Positions 27,819-37,705 of a DNA stretch of 64,000 nucleotides are shown piece by piece. The notes below the pieces were generated by a model that saw only the letters and a list, made by a program, of their open reading frames with translations, made no database searches and was not told the DNA's origin. The position numbers and the translations under genes are program-made. How positions within the stretch are numbered: the first letter of the stretch is position 1; the number at the start of each line of letters is the position of its first letter. The DNA is from Inhella proteolytica (GTDB taxonomy: Bacteria > Pseudomonadota > Gammaproteobacteria > Burkholderiales > Burkholderiaceae_C): positions 1-64,000 of the forward strand of contig NZ_JAEDAK010000005.1 in assembly GCF_016093275.1 (NCBI RefSeq), given 5' to 3'.

Positions 27819-28298
27819 TTAATTTGAGACAACAATGAAAGCGCTCAACGAAGTCGCTATTGATTGTCTGTCCGCGTACGTCGCGCGAACTCGAAATACA
27901 CCAATACTATTGGCCTTCACAGAAACAGATACGGTAGAGAATCCGTCGGTTCCGATGGCAACGACTGACGGCGCTACTATGGCTCCGTGATCAATTGCTC
28001 CAAATGAATCCACAATATCCAGCATGACTTCGCCGCCAGGATTGGCCTTACGCACGTCGTCGAAATATACAGACCTCAGCCAAATTGGAACTGTTTCGCC
28101 TGCCCGAATCGTCCAAGACAAGTCTTGTCTCTGTGGCAATATGCAACACTTAGGAACTGTGCCAATTCCGACTAATACATATGTGCTATTGCGGTCTCGA
28201 ATTGGCTGAATTCGATTAGCCTGCAATGCGCAGCAGCCAACGAGCAAAAATAGAACGCCCACCGACAGTGCATGCTTGGTTCGTTGCAGGCCGCTCAT
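27819..28298 (-). CDS. Hypothetical lipoprotein/secreted protein in AT-rich islet
   Basis: Signal/lipobox-like 'LFLLVGCCALQA'. AT-rich codon usage unlike the host genome. Confidence 0.5.
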   Translation of the reverse strand: MSGLQRTKHALSVGVLFLLVGCCALQANRIQPIRDRNSTYVLVGIGTVPKCCILPQRQDLSWTIRAGETVPIWLRSVYFDDVRKANPGGEVMLDIVDSFGAIDHGAIVAPSVVAIGTDGFSTVSVSVKANSIGVFRVRATYADRQSIATSLSAFIVVSN

Positions 28299-28329
28299 GT
28301 CCCTAGCATTGCCTCATGGTGAGTGGCGT

Positions 28330-29778
28330 TTATTTACGAATTCCCAGTGCCTCTGCCTCAAGGCGATTCAATTCAGCGTCGGTCAGACTTTGAATGCGGG
28401 CAAACCGCTCGCCTGAAAATGCAGGTAGAACCTTGCCCATTTCCGCAGCCGCTGGGCTAAATGTTTCGCAGAATGACGTTCGATTGTAGAGTGCCAAGAG
28501 TCGATCGTACTGCGCTGTATTAATTTCACCGAGAGCAAGCTTTTCTTCCAACTTCAGAAGCTTGGGCTGTTTGGCTTTTGCCTCGCAGGCCATGCGCGCA
28601 TTAAAGGTGTCGATCTTTTGCTGAGTAATGCACGCTTCGCTGGCATTGCTCAAATCAGAGAACATTGATTTGGTAGCACTATTGCAGCTAACAGCAAGCA
28701 CCATCGAGGCCGGAATCCGGTAATTGAAGCGCCCCGTATAGGAAACCGTGTCTTTGTACTCAATTGTTTGCTTGAAGTGTGCACTGCTGTATCCTGCATT
28801 CACACTAACACTCCAAGGCCATGTAGCGCTGGCTCCACCGCCGCCGGGATCGCCGGCGTCCGGATTCGGTTCAAATCGAAAGAATCCATCCCCTTCGACC
28901 GCTAGTTTGTTGACGGCCTCATATATTTTTTTGACCATATCAAACACTTGACGGCCATATTTTTCGTTGTCAAGCGACCCTTCCTTCATATCAAAAGTGC
29001 AGGCCTTGGATTTTTCCAATTCCTGCTGAACCTTTGAATAGTTGAGTGAGCCGACCTTGAACCAGCCAAGCGACGCAGAGGCGCTAAATTTCGAGCGAAT
29101 TTGGGACCAAACCTGCGATAGGTCACATGATATCTTTGCGGTCCATGGGTCGCCGACAAATTCCGTCTCACCTACAAAATTTACGGCAAAAGTGGGATTG
29201 GGTTGAATGTCGAAATTGGAAGACTGTCGAGCTCCGACCACTTGTGCGAAAAGCGAATTCCCGGTGCCAATGGAGTAGGCAAAATCAGATGTGAAATTGA
29301 TTATTGATGGAAACACGACCGTAACATCCTTCTTGCCAAGCGACAACGTCTCGCTATCAAGTACAGGAGTAACGGTAACGTTCTTCAGCGAAAGTGGAAG
29401 TAGTTTTGGGTTGGCTACCCCATATGCCTTTTTGATTTCTGCAGTGAGCTCTGTTCTTTGTTTTGCCGTTATGTCAATATTGGCCGAGCCAGAGACAATG
29501 GCGCCAACAATTGAGTAAATTGCACCTGATGAATCTTGTGCCCAATGAGTCGGGCCGATTCCCCAATACTGGGCCTTAAACGCCTTGAGATTTACACCGA
29601 GGGCAAGGTCAATGCGACCAGGCTGGTAGTGGAACTGATTCTTGTCAGTGTCGTCCTGATACGCAATTACGCCGGCAACTGCAGTGCCCTTGCTGAAAAG
29701 CGGAGCGGCTGCGGCATTGCCAGAGCCCAGAATGAACATAAAGGTGAAACACCCAATTGTTGCTGAATAAGAGCGCAT
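28330..29778 (-). CDS. Hypothetical secreted 482-aa protein with SHOCT-like C-terminal helix (AT-rich islet)
   Basis: Signal peptide 'FTFMFILGSGNAAAAP'. Beta-rich body. C-terminal 'KLLKLEEKLALGEINTAQYDRLLALY' resembles a SHOCT motif. Compositionally foreign (~45-50% GC). Confidence 0.6.
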   Translation of the reverse strand: MRSYSATIGCFTFMFILGSGNAAAAPLFSKGTAVAGVIAYQDDTDKNQFHYQPGRIDLALGVNLKAFKAQYWGIGPTHWAQDSSGAIYSIVGAIVSGSANIDITAKQRTELTAEIKKAYGVANPKLLPLSLKNVTVTPVLDSETLSLGKKDVTVVFPSIINFTSDFAYSIGTGNSLFAQVVGARQSSNFDIQPNPTFAVNFVGETEFVGDPWTAKISCDLSQVWSQIRSKFSASASLGWFKVGSLNYSKVQQELEKSKACTFDMKEGSLDNEKYGRQVFDMVKKIYEAVNKLAVEGDGFFRFEPNPDAGDPGGGGASATWPWSVSVNAGYSSAHFKQTIEYKDTVSYTGRFNYRIPASMVLAVSCNSATKSMFSDLSNASEACITQQKIDTFNARMACEAKAKQPKLLKLEEKLALGEINTAQYDRLLALYNRTSFCETFSPAAAEMGKVLPAFSGERFARIQSLTDAELNRLEAEALGIRK

Positions 29779-29895
29779 GCAGTTCTCCGGTTTAGTAATT
29801 CAACTCAGTTGAGGCCTATGTTTTGCTCAGTGTGCTAGTCGACTCTCGGCAACTGTTCACCGGGAAGATGGGCAGCACCATAGGGTTTGCGCTAA

Positions 29896-29913
29896 CTCCT
29901 CATTAATGAGGAG
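29896..29913. promoter_or_regulatory. Perfect 18-bp palindrome CTCCTCATTAATGAGGAG in divergent promoter region
   Basis: Self-reverse-complementary. Lies between the start of the AT-rich 482-aa gene (minus, 29778) and the NYN gene (plus, 30052). Confidence 0.5.
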
Positions 29914-30051
29914 GACGAAGGGCCATCTGCTCGCTTCGGGGCGTTGCCTTTCGCGGCTTCGGGGAAAGGCCTTAAATCGAACCCCTTCGAACCAAAGGCC
30001 CCAGTGGGCCTCCGTGCCCCGATTAATGCTTGCCAGCCCGAACGCCGTAGC

Positions 30052-30672
30052 ATGGTTCAAACACCAGGCTGGGAGCCCCGCTTGATCCACGACGACACCG
30101 GCCGCTCGGTCGCCCTCTACTGGGACTTCGAGAACCTGCACGCCGGCCTCTTGGAGGCCAAGCAGGGCGAGGGCGCTTACGCCAACCCCGACATCCGCTT
30201 CAGGCCGCAGGAGCCGCTGGTCGATGTGCAGGCGCTGGTCGATCTGGCCAGCGCCTTCGGCCCCATCGCCATCAACCGGGCGTTCGGCAACTGGCAGTAC
30301 TTCAGCCGCTATCGCGATGCTTTGCTGCAAAACGCCATCGAGCTGATCCAGCTCTTCCCGCCGGGTGCGGCTACCAAGAATGGCGCCGACATCCGGCTGT
30401 GCCTGGACGCCACCGAGGACCTCGCCCGCTTCGCGCATATCGGCACCGTCATCGTCATTGGCGGCGACAGCGACTTCATGCCGCTCGCCCAGAAGATCAA
30501 GGCCGCCGGGCGCCGGCTGATTGGTGTGGGCACGCGGCCGAACACCAACAGGCACTGGGCCCGAAGCTGCCACGAGTTCAGGTACTACGAGAGCCTGGTG
30601 GGGGCAGAGGCGGCTGCGTCAGCGTCATCTTCTGATGCCGAGGGCGGCGGGGCCACAGGCAAGGCCCCATAG
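30052..30672 (+). CDS. NYN-domain (PIN-like nuclease fold) protein
   Basis: 'VALYWDFENL', 'ADIRLCLDA', 'VIVIGGDSDFMPLAQK' are the conserved acidic motifs of PF01936 NYN domains. Confidence 0.75.
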   Translation: MVQTPGWEPRLIHDDTGRSVALYWDFENLHAGLLEAKQGEGAYANPDIRFRPQEPLVDVQALVDLASAFGPIAINRAFGNWQYFSRYRDALLQNAIELIQLFPPGAATKNGADIRLCLDATEDLARFAHIGTVIVIGGDSDFMPLAQKIKAAGRRLIGVGTRPNTNRHWARSCHEFRYYESLVGAEAAASASSSDAEGGGATGKAP

Positions 30673-30852
30673 CCCAGCTTCTGAGGATGCCGGGGCAGGT
30701 CCCTCGCTTGAAGGGGTTCAAGTTGAAGGCCCTCTTGCCACGCTCCCGCCAGGTGGGTCACGCTGGATGGGGCTAACGGCAGACTCGCTTATCGTGATGT
30801 CCATGTTGGACCGCGAGCACCAGGCCCGTGCGGGCCAAGCGACTGGAGTGAG

Positions 30853-31794
30853 ATGAGGGAATTTTTGTTCCGCAGCCTGGGGCCCTGGCTGCTGGCCGGC
30901 CTGAGTACCAGTGTGGCGGCTGACGCACCACGCTTTGAGTTCCACAACCACTTTCTGCTGAACCTGCACCACCGGCTCTACAGCGGCGCACGCAGGCCCG
31001 CGCAGCTGACCGAGGCCGAACGTCAGGCGTGGGAGCCGGCCTTGGCGCTGTACCGGCGCGAGTACCTGCAGCGCCACCCGCTGTTTGACGAGCAGATGGA
31101 CGCCATCAAACAGAGCCTTCGACGCGCGCCGGATGCGGTTCGCACGCCGCAGGGCTTGGGCCTGCCCAAAGAGCTTGAGCAGGCCTTGGGCCTTGCCGCA
31201 TCGCTCTATGCCGAGGAATCCTGGCCGCTGGACCGGGCGCGGAATGCGCGCTGGCAGGCGGGCCTGGAAGCGCTGCAGCGGCGCCATGGTGCCGCCATCG
31301 CGAGCGGGCTTGAATTCCAACTGGGGCAGGGATTTCCGGCCGAGCCGATCCGGGTGGATCTGGTGGTCCGCACCGGGACGTTCGAAGGGGCCTACACCAC
31401 CCAGGCGCCCGCCCATGCCGTCATTGCGACCGGGCTACCCGCGCATGCAGGCCTGCACGCCTTGGAGGTGCTGTATCACGAGGCAACGCACACGGGGCCG
31501 GCGGATCGGGTGTTTGAGGCGGTCAATGCCGCTTTTCGGGATCAGGGCGGGCACGACGTGAAGAACCAATGGCACGGCGTGCAGTTCTTCATCGTGGGCG
31601 CGGTGGTGCGTGAGGCGTTGGCCCAGGCGGGGCTGCCAGGCTATGTGCCCTATGGGGAGCTGCAGGGCGTGTTTGCACGGGCCTGGCCGGGGCTGCCGCA
31701 GCGTCTGGAGTCCTTGTGGTTCCAGGGCCGCCAGCAGGGCCGCAGCGTGGAAGCGCTGGCGTCGGCTCTGGTGGCTTCGGTGCCGGCGGACTGA
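30853..31794 (+). CDS. Hypothetical secreted protein
   Basis: Signal peptide (MREFLFRSLGPWLLAGLSTSVAADA). Good codon bias. No recognised motif. Confidence 0.5.
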   Translation: MREFLFRSLGPWLLAGLSTSVAADAPRFEFHNHFLLNLHHRLYSGARRPAQLTEAERQAWEPALALYRREYLQRHPLFDEQMDAIKQSLRRAPDAVRTPQGLGLPKELEQALGLAASLYAEESWPLDRARNARWQAGLEALQRRHGAAIASGLEFQLGQGFPAEPIRVDLVVRTGTFEGAYTTQAPAHAVIATGLPAHAGLHALEVLYHEATHTGPADRVFEAVNAAFRDQGGHDVKNQWHGVQFFIVGAVVREALAQAGLPGYVPYGELQGVFARAWPGLPQRLESLWFQGRQQGRSVEALASALVASVPAD

Positions 31795-31866
31795 GCAGCG
31801 GCGCAGGCCGGGCTGAATGCCCGGCAAGGGCAGGTCATTGCCCTTCACCTCTCCCCGCCTATCGGC

Positions 31867-33102
31867 TCAGGGGTTTCGTCGGCTCTGCGCGGCCATCTCA
31901 AACGTCAGCCCCGCCCGCTCATGCAGCCGCCGCACCAGCGCCAGGCCCATGGCGCTGCCGGGGGTCCAGACGCCACCGGGCGTGGCGCTGCGGGGGATGT
32001 CCTCCACCAGGCACAGCGCGGCTTCGCTGATGAGCTTGCAGGTGGAGCCGTAGCCGGGGTCGCGGTCGCCTTTGACGATGGCCCGCAGCAGCTCGCCGGA
32101 GGCGCTCTTGCCGCTGAACCACACCTCGTAGTGGCCGGCCTCGCGGGCGGCCTTGTTGGGGCCGTCGCCCGGTTGCGTCAGCACGAAGCGGCGCAGCAGG
32201 GCGCGCGCGGGGCCGAAGCCCAGCACGCGGTTCTGCCAGCGGGTCATGCGGGCCAGCGCCTGGGCCTTCTTGGCGCCCTTGTCGGGCGTGCCGGGGCGGC
32301 CGGTGAGCATCTTTTCGCTGTACACGAAGTCCCGGCCCCAGGGGTGGCCGCGCAGGGCGTTGCTGCGGTGCACGTTCTTGGTGTTGATGGCGGCCATCAC
32401 GAAGGGCCCGGCCCAGAGGTCCGCCCAATCGTCCAGGGCGGCGCCCTGGTCATCGGGCTGCGTGGGGCCCTTGAACCCGGGCGTCAGGGCAAAGGGGTCG
32501 CTCATCGTCTGGCCCAGCGCGGGTTCGCGGCGGATGGCCTCGAAGGTCTCCATCATGCTGGCCAGCGTGCCGCCTGAGGCCGCGCCCTTCATGCGCGCCA
32601 TGCGGGCGCGCACCTCGCGCAAGGGGGCGCCCAAGCGCTCCTGCGCCTGGGCCTGCAGATAGACCACGCCGAGGTCGAAGGGGATGGAGTCGAAGCCGCA
32701 CGAGAACACGATGCGCGCGCCGCTTTGCTGCGCCAGCGGCGTGAGCTTGTCGATCATCCGGGCCATCCACAGCGGCTCGCCGCAGAGGTCCACGTAGTCG
32801 GTGCCGGCCTCGGCGCAGGCGGTGACCAAGGGCTCGCCATGCAGCTGATACGGACCGACGGTGCTGATGACGACCCGCGTGCGCGCCACCAGGGCCCGCA
32901 GCGCGGCCGCATCGCCGGCATCGGCCTGGAGCAGGGGCAGGTCCTTGGGCAGGCCCAGCTCGTCGCGCACGGCGGCCAGCTTGGCGGCGTTGCGGCCCGC
33001 GATGGCCCAGCGGGTGGCGCCGCGGGCCTGCAGGTATTCGGCCACCAGGCGGCCGGTGAATCCGGTGGCGCCGAAGACGATCAGGTCGAAGTCGGGGTTC
33101 AT
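31867..33102 (-). CDS. Saccharopine dehydrogenase NAD(P)-binding domain protein (trans-acting enoyl reductase-like)
   Basis: 'DLIVFGATGFTGRLVAEYL' Rossmann motif and the overall pattern of the saccharopine dehydrogenase-like oxidoreductase family. Confidence 0.8.
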   Translation of the reverse strand: MNPDFDLIVFGATGFTGRLVAEYLQARGATRWAIAGRNAAKLAAVRDELGLPKDLPLLQADAGDAAALRALVARTRVVISTVGPYQLHGEPLVTACAEAGTDYVDLCGEPLWMARMIDKLTPLAQQSGARIVFSCGFDSIPFDLGVVYLQAQAQERLGAPLREVRARMARMKGAASGGTLASMMETFEAIRREPALGQTMSDPFALTPGFKGPTQPDDQGAALDDWADLWAGPFVMAAINTKNVHRSNALRGHPWGRDFVYSEKMLTGRPGTPDKGAKKAQALARMTRWQNRVLGFGPARALLRRFVLTQPGDGPNKAAREAGHYEVWFSGKSASGELLRAIVKGDRDPGYGSTCKLISEAALCLVEDIPRSATPGGVWTPGSAMGLALVRRLHERAGLTFEMAAQSRRNP

Positions 33103-33417
33103 GGGGTGTCCTGCTTGGCTGAGGGGCGGGTGGCGCGGGAGCCCGCCGCGTGGAAGGCGCCGCAGCGGTGGGCGGCTGAGGTTCAGCCTTGCGCCAGAGG
33201 CTTCAGTGGCAGATCTTGCCTTTTGCTTTCAATGGCAAGAGCGTCACGCGCGGGCTCTCGCTGCCACAGGCTTGGCCGGGCAGGTCATTGCCTATTTGGC
33301 GCCCGGCCTGGGGTGGGTGACTCCTGCGCTGCCGATCATTGCCCTTCAGCAAGCCATTGGGGGGGCATGGCCCTGCGATAGGCTCGCCTGCTCCGCCAGC
33401 GCCCCACCTCACCTCCC

Positions 33418-34599
33418 TTGGTAGCACCAATGTTCATGAAATTGCATGCGCCGCGATGCACGCCCCAGGCCGTCATCAAGCACTGGTGCGGGCTGCTGAT
33501 CGGTATGGCCTTGATTCAGCCAGGCTTTGCCGCCACGGCTGGAGATGCGGGGACTGCCACGGCAAGACAGCGGGCGCGCAACGACAACACGATCGTGGCG
33601 GTGTCGCGCATCTTTGAGCTTCGCCGTATCGCGGCACCGCTGTGCAGCGCAGAGCCGCAATGGGATTGGGTCCAGCAACTCATCTTGGTGCGAAAGCCTG
33701 AACGCTGGGCGTTCTCCACGGACCGGGCTCTGGCTGAGATCCTGAATCGGCACTTCGAAGCCAAGCCAGGCGAGTTGATTGTGTTGGTGGACCAGCGAAG
33801 CGGTTCGTTCAAGCTGCCCGGTGGTCTGAAGGCGGGTGACCGCATCTTGGCCGCCGACGCGTCCGAAGCCGAACTCTTGATCCGTCGGCCCTTGGAAGGC
33901 GAGTTCCATGCCGACACCCAGGAACGTTTGCGTCGAGCCAATGAATGGGCTCGGAGCCAACCCTCACGAACCCTCCAGCTGATTCGTCAAGGCCAGACCC
34001 TGAAGCTCGACATTGAGCCGATTCCGATCTGCGCGATGCGCTTTGGCGTGGTGAACAGCGAGACCGCCTATGCGGCTGCTCGGTCTGATCTCATTCTGGT
34101 CACCCATCCTCTTCTGGAGCAACTGAGCGCAGACGAACTCACGATGGTGCTGGCCCACGAGGCGGCTCAGGTGCTGCTGGCCCTGACGGATCCCAACAAG
34201 CCAACCAACTGGAAATCAGGAGCTTGGCCCTTGTTGGGCGGCAACTCGCAATGGAATCGCGAGCTGGGACTCGGCGCGCCGACGCTGGAGAGCTTGATCG
34301 AGGCCGATCGTCTGACGGTGATGCTGCTGGAGCCCTTCGGGCTGGGGCCCCAGGAATACCTCGAGTTTCTGGCGCGGGTTCAAGCGGCGGAGCCAGGTGG
34401 CATGTTCCGTCCGACCTACGCCAACTTGCGGCCCGTGGCTGAACAGAGGCTGGAAGCCGTGCGATCGCTGCACGCGAATCGCCAGGCGGAAGGTCGCTGG
34501 ACGCTGAAGCCGCAAGGCATTTCCGAAGCAGCGTTTCGGGCCTTCCTCGATCACCTGGGCAACGAACAGACCCGCATCAAGGCGCAGTCGAATCCTTGA
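33418..34599 (+). CDS. Hypothetical secreted protein (PDZ-like segment; degenerate metalloprotease-like 'HEAAQ')
   Basis: Hydrophobic N-terminus. 'GDRILAADASEAELL' is PDZ-like. 'MVLAHEAAQVL' is HExxH-like but lacks the second His. Start uncertain. Confidence 0.45.
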   Translation: MVAPMFMKLHAPRCTPQAVIKHWCGLLIGMALIQPGFAATAGDAGTATARQRARNDNTIVAVSRIFELRRIAAPLCSAEPQWDWVQQLILVRKPERWAFSTDRALAEILNRHFEAKPGELIVLVDQRSGSFKLPGGLKAGDRILAADASEAELLIRRPLEGEFHADTQERLRRANEWARSQPSRTLQLIRQGQTLKLDIEPIPICAMRFGVVNSETAYAAARSDLILVTHPLLEQLSADELTMVLAHEAAQVLLALTDPNKPTNWKSGAWPLLGGNSQWNRELGLGAPTLESLIEADRLTVMLLEPFGLGPQEYLEFLARVQAAEPGGMFRPTYANLRPVAEQRLEAVRSLHANRQAEGRWTLKPQGISEAAFRAFLDHLGNEQTRIKAQSNP

Positions 34600-34747
34600 C
34601 GCGCGCCGATCGTGCCCCACGCCGCTCAGGATTGCCAGAAGCACGCAACCACCCTGCCGCTTCTGGGTCGGGTCTTACTCCCTGACTTCAATAGCAAGAC
34701 TTCAATCCGGCCCTCGCGAGGGCCCCTTGGCGCCGGGCGCGTGAAAC

Positions 34748-34984
34748 TCAGTCCCACCTCCCGCAACAAGCGCATCACCTGGGGGGTGATGATGTCCACC
34801 GCCGGGCCGTTGGCGCCGTGCGGCAGGATCACGTCGGCGTTGCGCTCGGTCGGTTCGATGAACTGCTTGTGCATCGGGCACACGGTTTCCAGGTACTGAT
34901 TGACCACCTATGTGCTGCGGCCGCGCTCGGAAATGTCGTGCTGCAGGCGGCGGATGAAGCGCATGTCCGAGGCCGTGTCCACGT
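34748..34984 (-). pseudogene. Duplicated, frameshifted copy of the 3' end (about the last 80 codons) of uridine kinase
   Basis: About 90% nucleotide identity to 37706-37945. Translates as '...VVNQYLETVCPMHKQFIEPTERNADVILPHGANGPAVDIIT...', but a short indel near 34905 breaks the frame. No upstream kinase portion (P-loop) is present. Confidence 0.7.
34748..34984. repeat. Direct repeat copy 1 (~240 bp) of the udk 3' region
   Basis: Aligns with 37706-37945 with only a few mismatches/indels (e.g. ...GTGATGATGTCCACCGCCGGGCCGTTGGCGCCGTGCGGCAGGATCACGTCGGCGTTGCGC...). Confidence 0.8.
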
Positions 34985-35002
34985 ATAGCCGGCGTGCGGA
35001 GT

Positions 35003-37501
35003 TCACCCTTCCAAATAGGGCAGTCCGCTGCCCGCCAAGCCCACGAGGTCGATTTGCTGCGCGGTCATTGGAAGTTCACAGGCCATTCGAGCCAGTACCG
35101 CCTGACTGGTCTCCCCGCGATCCAGTTGACCGACGAACTCAGCCAGGGTCGCTTCCGATGGGGCTTGCCCGACCACGTTCTGGTAGACCGTCCGGACGAA
35201 ATCAGCGTGTCCGTGCGATCCGGCGCGCTCGGCAAACAAGTCCGAAGCCACGGCCGCTGCGACCAACTCTCCAAAGGCCATGCCGCCATCGAGGTATCGC
35301 AAGCCAAGGCCAACCAGTGACGCATCGGTCAAGGTGGCTTTGCCAAACAGCGCACCGATCAGCCGGGCCACTTGACCGGCATGACCTTCCAAATCAAGTG
35401 CCAGCGCCGGACCCTGGCTGAACACCAAGCGCTCAACCTGCTGCAAGAGATCTCCCTGGCTTTCGGCGCCAGATCCTTCGACGACCACCTGCTGCGCCGA
35501 GATTTGCACTCGATGCTGCGCAAGGCTGTAGGAATACAGGGCTCGGTCTATTCCATTCCCGCCATCAATGACATCGGCGCCCGGCCCGCCCTCAATGCGG
35601 TCGGCGCCATCACCACCGAATAGCCAGTCGGCTTCGGCCCCACCCCGCAAGATGTCGGCGCCCGGGCCGCCCCTGACCAAGAGTCCCTGGAAGTTCAGAC
35701 CTGGCAGGGGGCCTAGCGAGGCAAGCTGGGAACCTCCCCCAGGGTGATCATCAGGGCGGATTTCGGTGACGCTCAGTGTGTAGGTGCCCAAGCCCATGCT
35801 CTTGAGGTAATAACTTCCGCTCCGGCCTGGCTCAACCTCCAGCACGCCCGTAGGTGGCATCTCAAAACCCGTGGGGTGCAACTTGTCGTCCAACAGGTGC
35901 AGACTGTCGGCAACTCCGTCGCGGCCGCCTTTGTGTTCAATCTGGTACCGCTTGCCTGCTTCGAGATTCAGTCGAAATAGGTCAATATCACCCAGCGTCA
36001 ATTCGTGCTGGAGTACCTGATTCAGATTGACTGGTGTTGAGCTGTTCGAAGTTTCTCCGTGATCATCCTGTTCAATCCGAATGCGCTGAATGGTGTAGCC
36101 GCGCGAGCTACGATCCACGGGATGGTCGTTGGCGCCAATGATTAGATGCTGAAGACCACTGGTACTTGGGGTAAAGCTAAAAATGTAGGCCTTGGGGTTG
36201 TCCGGATCTTGCTGGAACCAGCTGTCAATCGAGCCTTCGCTGAATCCTTCAAATGTGCCCCGGTCTTTGAGAAGCTGAAGCAAGGGGCGCGAGCCGCTAC
36301 CCACTTCCACCCGGAATAAGGAACGCTCATATATTGTCGAGACCGAGAACCGGTACCAATCAGTATCGCCGGCGCCGTATAGAGTTGATTGTTCCAAGCG
36401 CCCAACCGGCATGAACAAGGCATTCTGCGGGCCGTTGTTCTGATCGCTTTCAGGATAGGGCGACCTCAGACGCGCCTCATAGTCCGATGGCAATGCAGAG
36501 CTGTTTGCCTCGGGGGCCGCTCGAAGCCAATAACTACCGGTTGTCGGAGGGATGAATAGCACTTCGCCAACGCCCCGGACAAATTCGATCCCTTGGGCAT
36601 CATGGATGCTGACCTTGGATTCCGATGGCAAGCCCTTCTTCAGCACAGTAATGTTGATCGGGGTGCCGGCAACCAAATAGACCGGAACCCAATCCACATC
36701 CTGAGGATTGCTTAGATCGAGTGGTGCTATTGGGAACTGGGCTTGCAGTGATTGCACTAATCTGAGATCGCTCGGTGCAAGTGGGAAATTCGGGTAATCG
36801 TCTTCGGCAGCAAAGCTGTACTGAGTAAGGCCAAGACGATAGTTTGTTGCGGAATATTCTTGAGTGGCTGCCTTGCCTGACGGTGTTGCCCCAACGGTCA
36901 CAAAGTAGGAGCTGCCCGACGGTGTGGAGAAATCAAAATCTATCAGGCCATCGCTATTGGACTGCCACTCATTGATAAGGGTCGCATCCCTCTCGTCAAA
37001 ACCTCGGTAGAGTTTGACAACAATTCCCGACGCGGCGTTTGAAGCACCCGTCAGATCCAGCTGGAACTGATAACGCTGGCCAGAGTTCAAGTCCAGAGAG
37101 AAGCTGTCCACGTCGCCGCGTGTCTCCAGTTGGCCGGGAAGTGTTTGGCCCACCAGCAGCTTCTCGGTCCGAGTGACGCGATCGGAATGGTCATCGACCG
37201 GCAACGGTGCGGCCTCAATCTCGTACTGAACCGAATGGTTCAAGCCCGAGTGACCGGTCAGGACAAGCTGATACCAGCCCGTAGTTTCAGGCGAACCCAC
37301 GAGCTCCGCGCCTTGAGAAACGGAGCTGGCAGTGGAAAAAAGGACCTTGCCTTCGCCGCTTTGAAGCTTGAGTTCGCTGCCAAAGCTCGAGGCTCCTGAA
37401 GGCGTCTTGACAGTGAAACGGTAGCGCTGGCCTGCCTGCAGAAAGACGCTGAAGGCGTCGGCGTCTCCATCGCCATCCATCTGGCCCTGAACGGTGCTCA
37501 T
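35003..37501 (-). CDS. Secreted Ca2+-binding RTX-repeat protein with pre-peptidase-C-terminal-like (PPC) domains and C-terminal DUF4214
   Basis: Start at 37501 with GGGAGGG RBS. Repeated 'GDxDxFxxxLxxGQRYxF' PPC-like units. 'GGPGADILRGGAEADWLFGGDGADRIEGGPGADVIDGGNGID' hemolysin-type nonapeptide repeats. 'FVRTVYQNVVGQAPSEATLAEFVGQL' is DUF4214. GC lower than host (~55%). Confidence 0.75.
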   Translation of the reverse strand: MSTVQGQMDGDGDADAFSVFLQAGQRYRFTVKTPSGASSFGSELKLQSGEGKVLFSTASSVSQGAELVGSPETTGWYQLVLTGHSGLNHSVQYEIEAAPLPVDDHSDRVTRTEKLLVGQTLPGQLETRGDVDSFSLDLNSGQRYQFQLDLTGASNAASGIVVKLYRGFDERDATLINEWQSNSDGLIDFDFSTPSGSSYFVTVGATPSGKAATQEYSATNYRLGLTQYSFAAEDDYPNFPLAPSDLRLVQSLQAQFPIAPLDLSNPQDVDWVPVYLVAGTPINITVLKKGLPSESKVSIHDAQGIEFVRGVGEVLFIPPTTGSYWLRAAPEANSSALPSDYEARLRSPYPESDQNNGPQNALFMPVGRLEQSTLYGAGDTDWYRFSVSTIYERSLFRVEVGSGSRPLLQLLKDRGTFEGFSEGSIDSWFQQDPDNPKAYIFSFTPSTSGLQHLIIGANDHPVDRSSRGYTIQRIRIEQDDHGETSNSSTPVNLNQVLQHELTLGDIDLFRLNLEAGKRYQIEHKGGRDGVADSLHLLDDKLHPTGFEMPPTGVLEVEPGRSGSYYLKSMGLGTYTLSVTEIRPDDHPGGGSQLASLGPLPGLNFQGLLVRGGPGADILRGGAEADWLFGGDGADRIEGGPGADVIDGGNGIDRALYSYSLAQHRVQISAQQVVVEGSGAESQGDLLQQVERLVFSQGPALALDLEGHAGQVARLIGALFGKATLTDASLVGLGLRYLDGGMAFGELVAAAVASDLFAERAGSHGHADFVRTVYQNVVGQAPSEATLAEFVGQLDRGETSQAVLARMACELPMTAQQIDLVGLAGSGLPYLEG

Positions 37502-37705
37502 GAGTTGTCCCTCCCCGAAAAGGCGGCGGATGCTACGTGAGGGGGGCCGAGTGCGATGCGCCATGCCCGCTGGGCGTGGGAAGCGCTGGTGTCAGGCCCA
37601 TAGCTTGGGGCGGACTTCGGCGACTGTCCTGCCGAAGACTGACTTCCATAGGGGAATCTGTCCCCAGCCCTGAGCCGCCCCGATGTCAGAGCGTCAAGCG
37701 CGGCA

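Noticed and set aside
32725-33424. Plus-strand ORFs 32725..33381 and 32861..33424
   Set aside because: They overlap the saccharopine-dehydrogenase-like gene and the divergent promoter region. Translations are low-complexity, with no start context.
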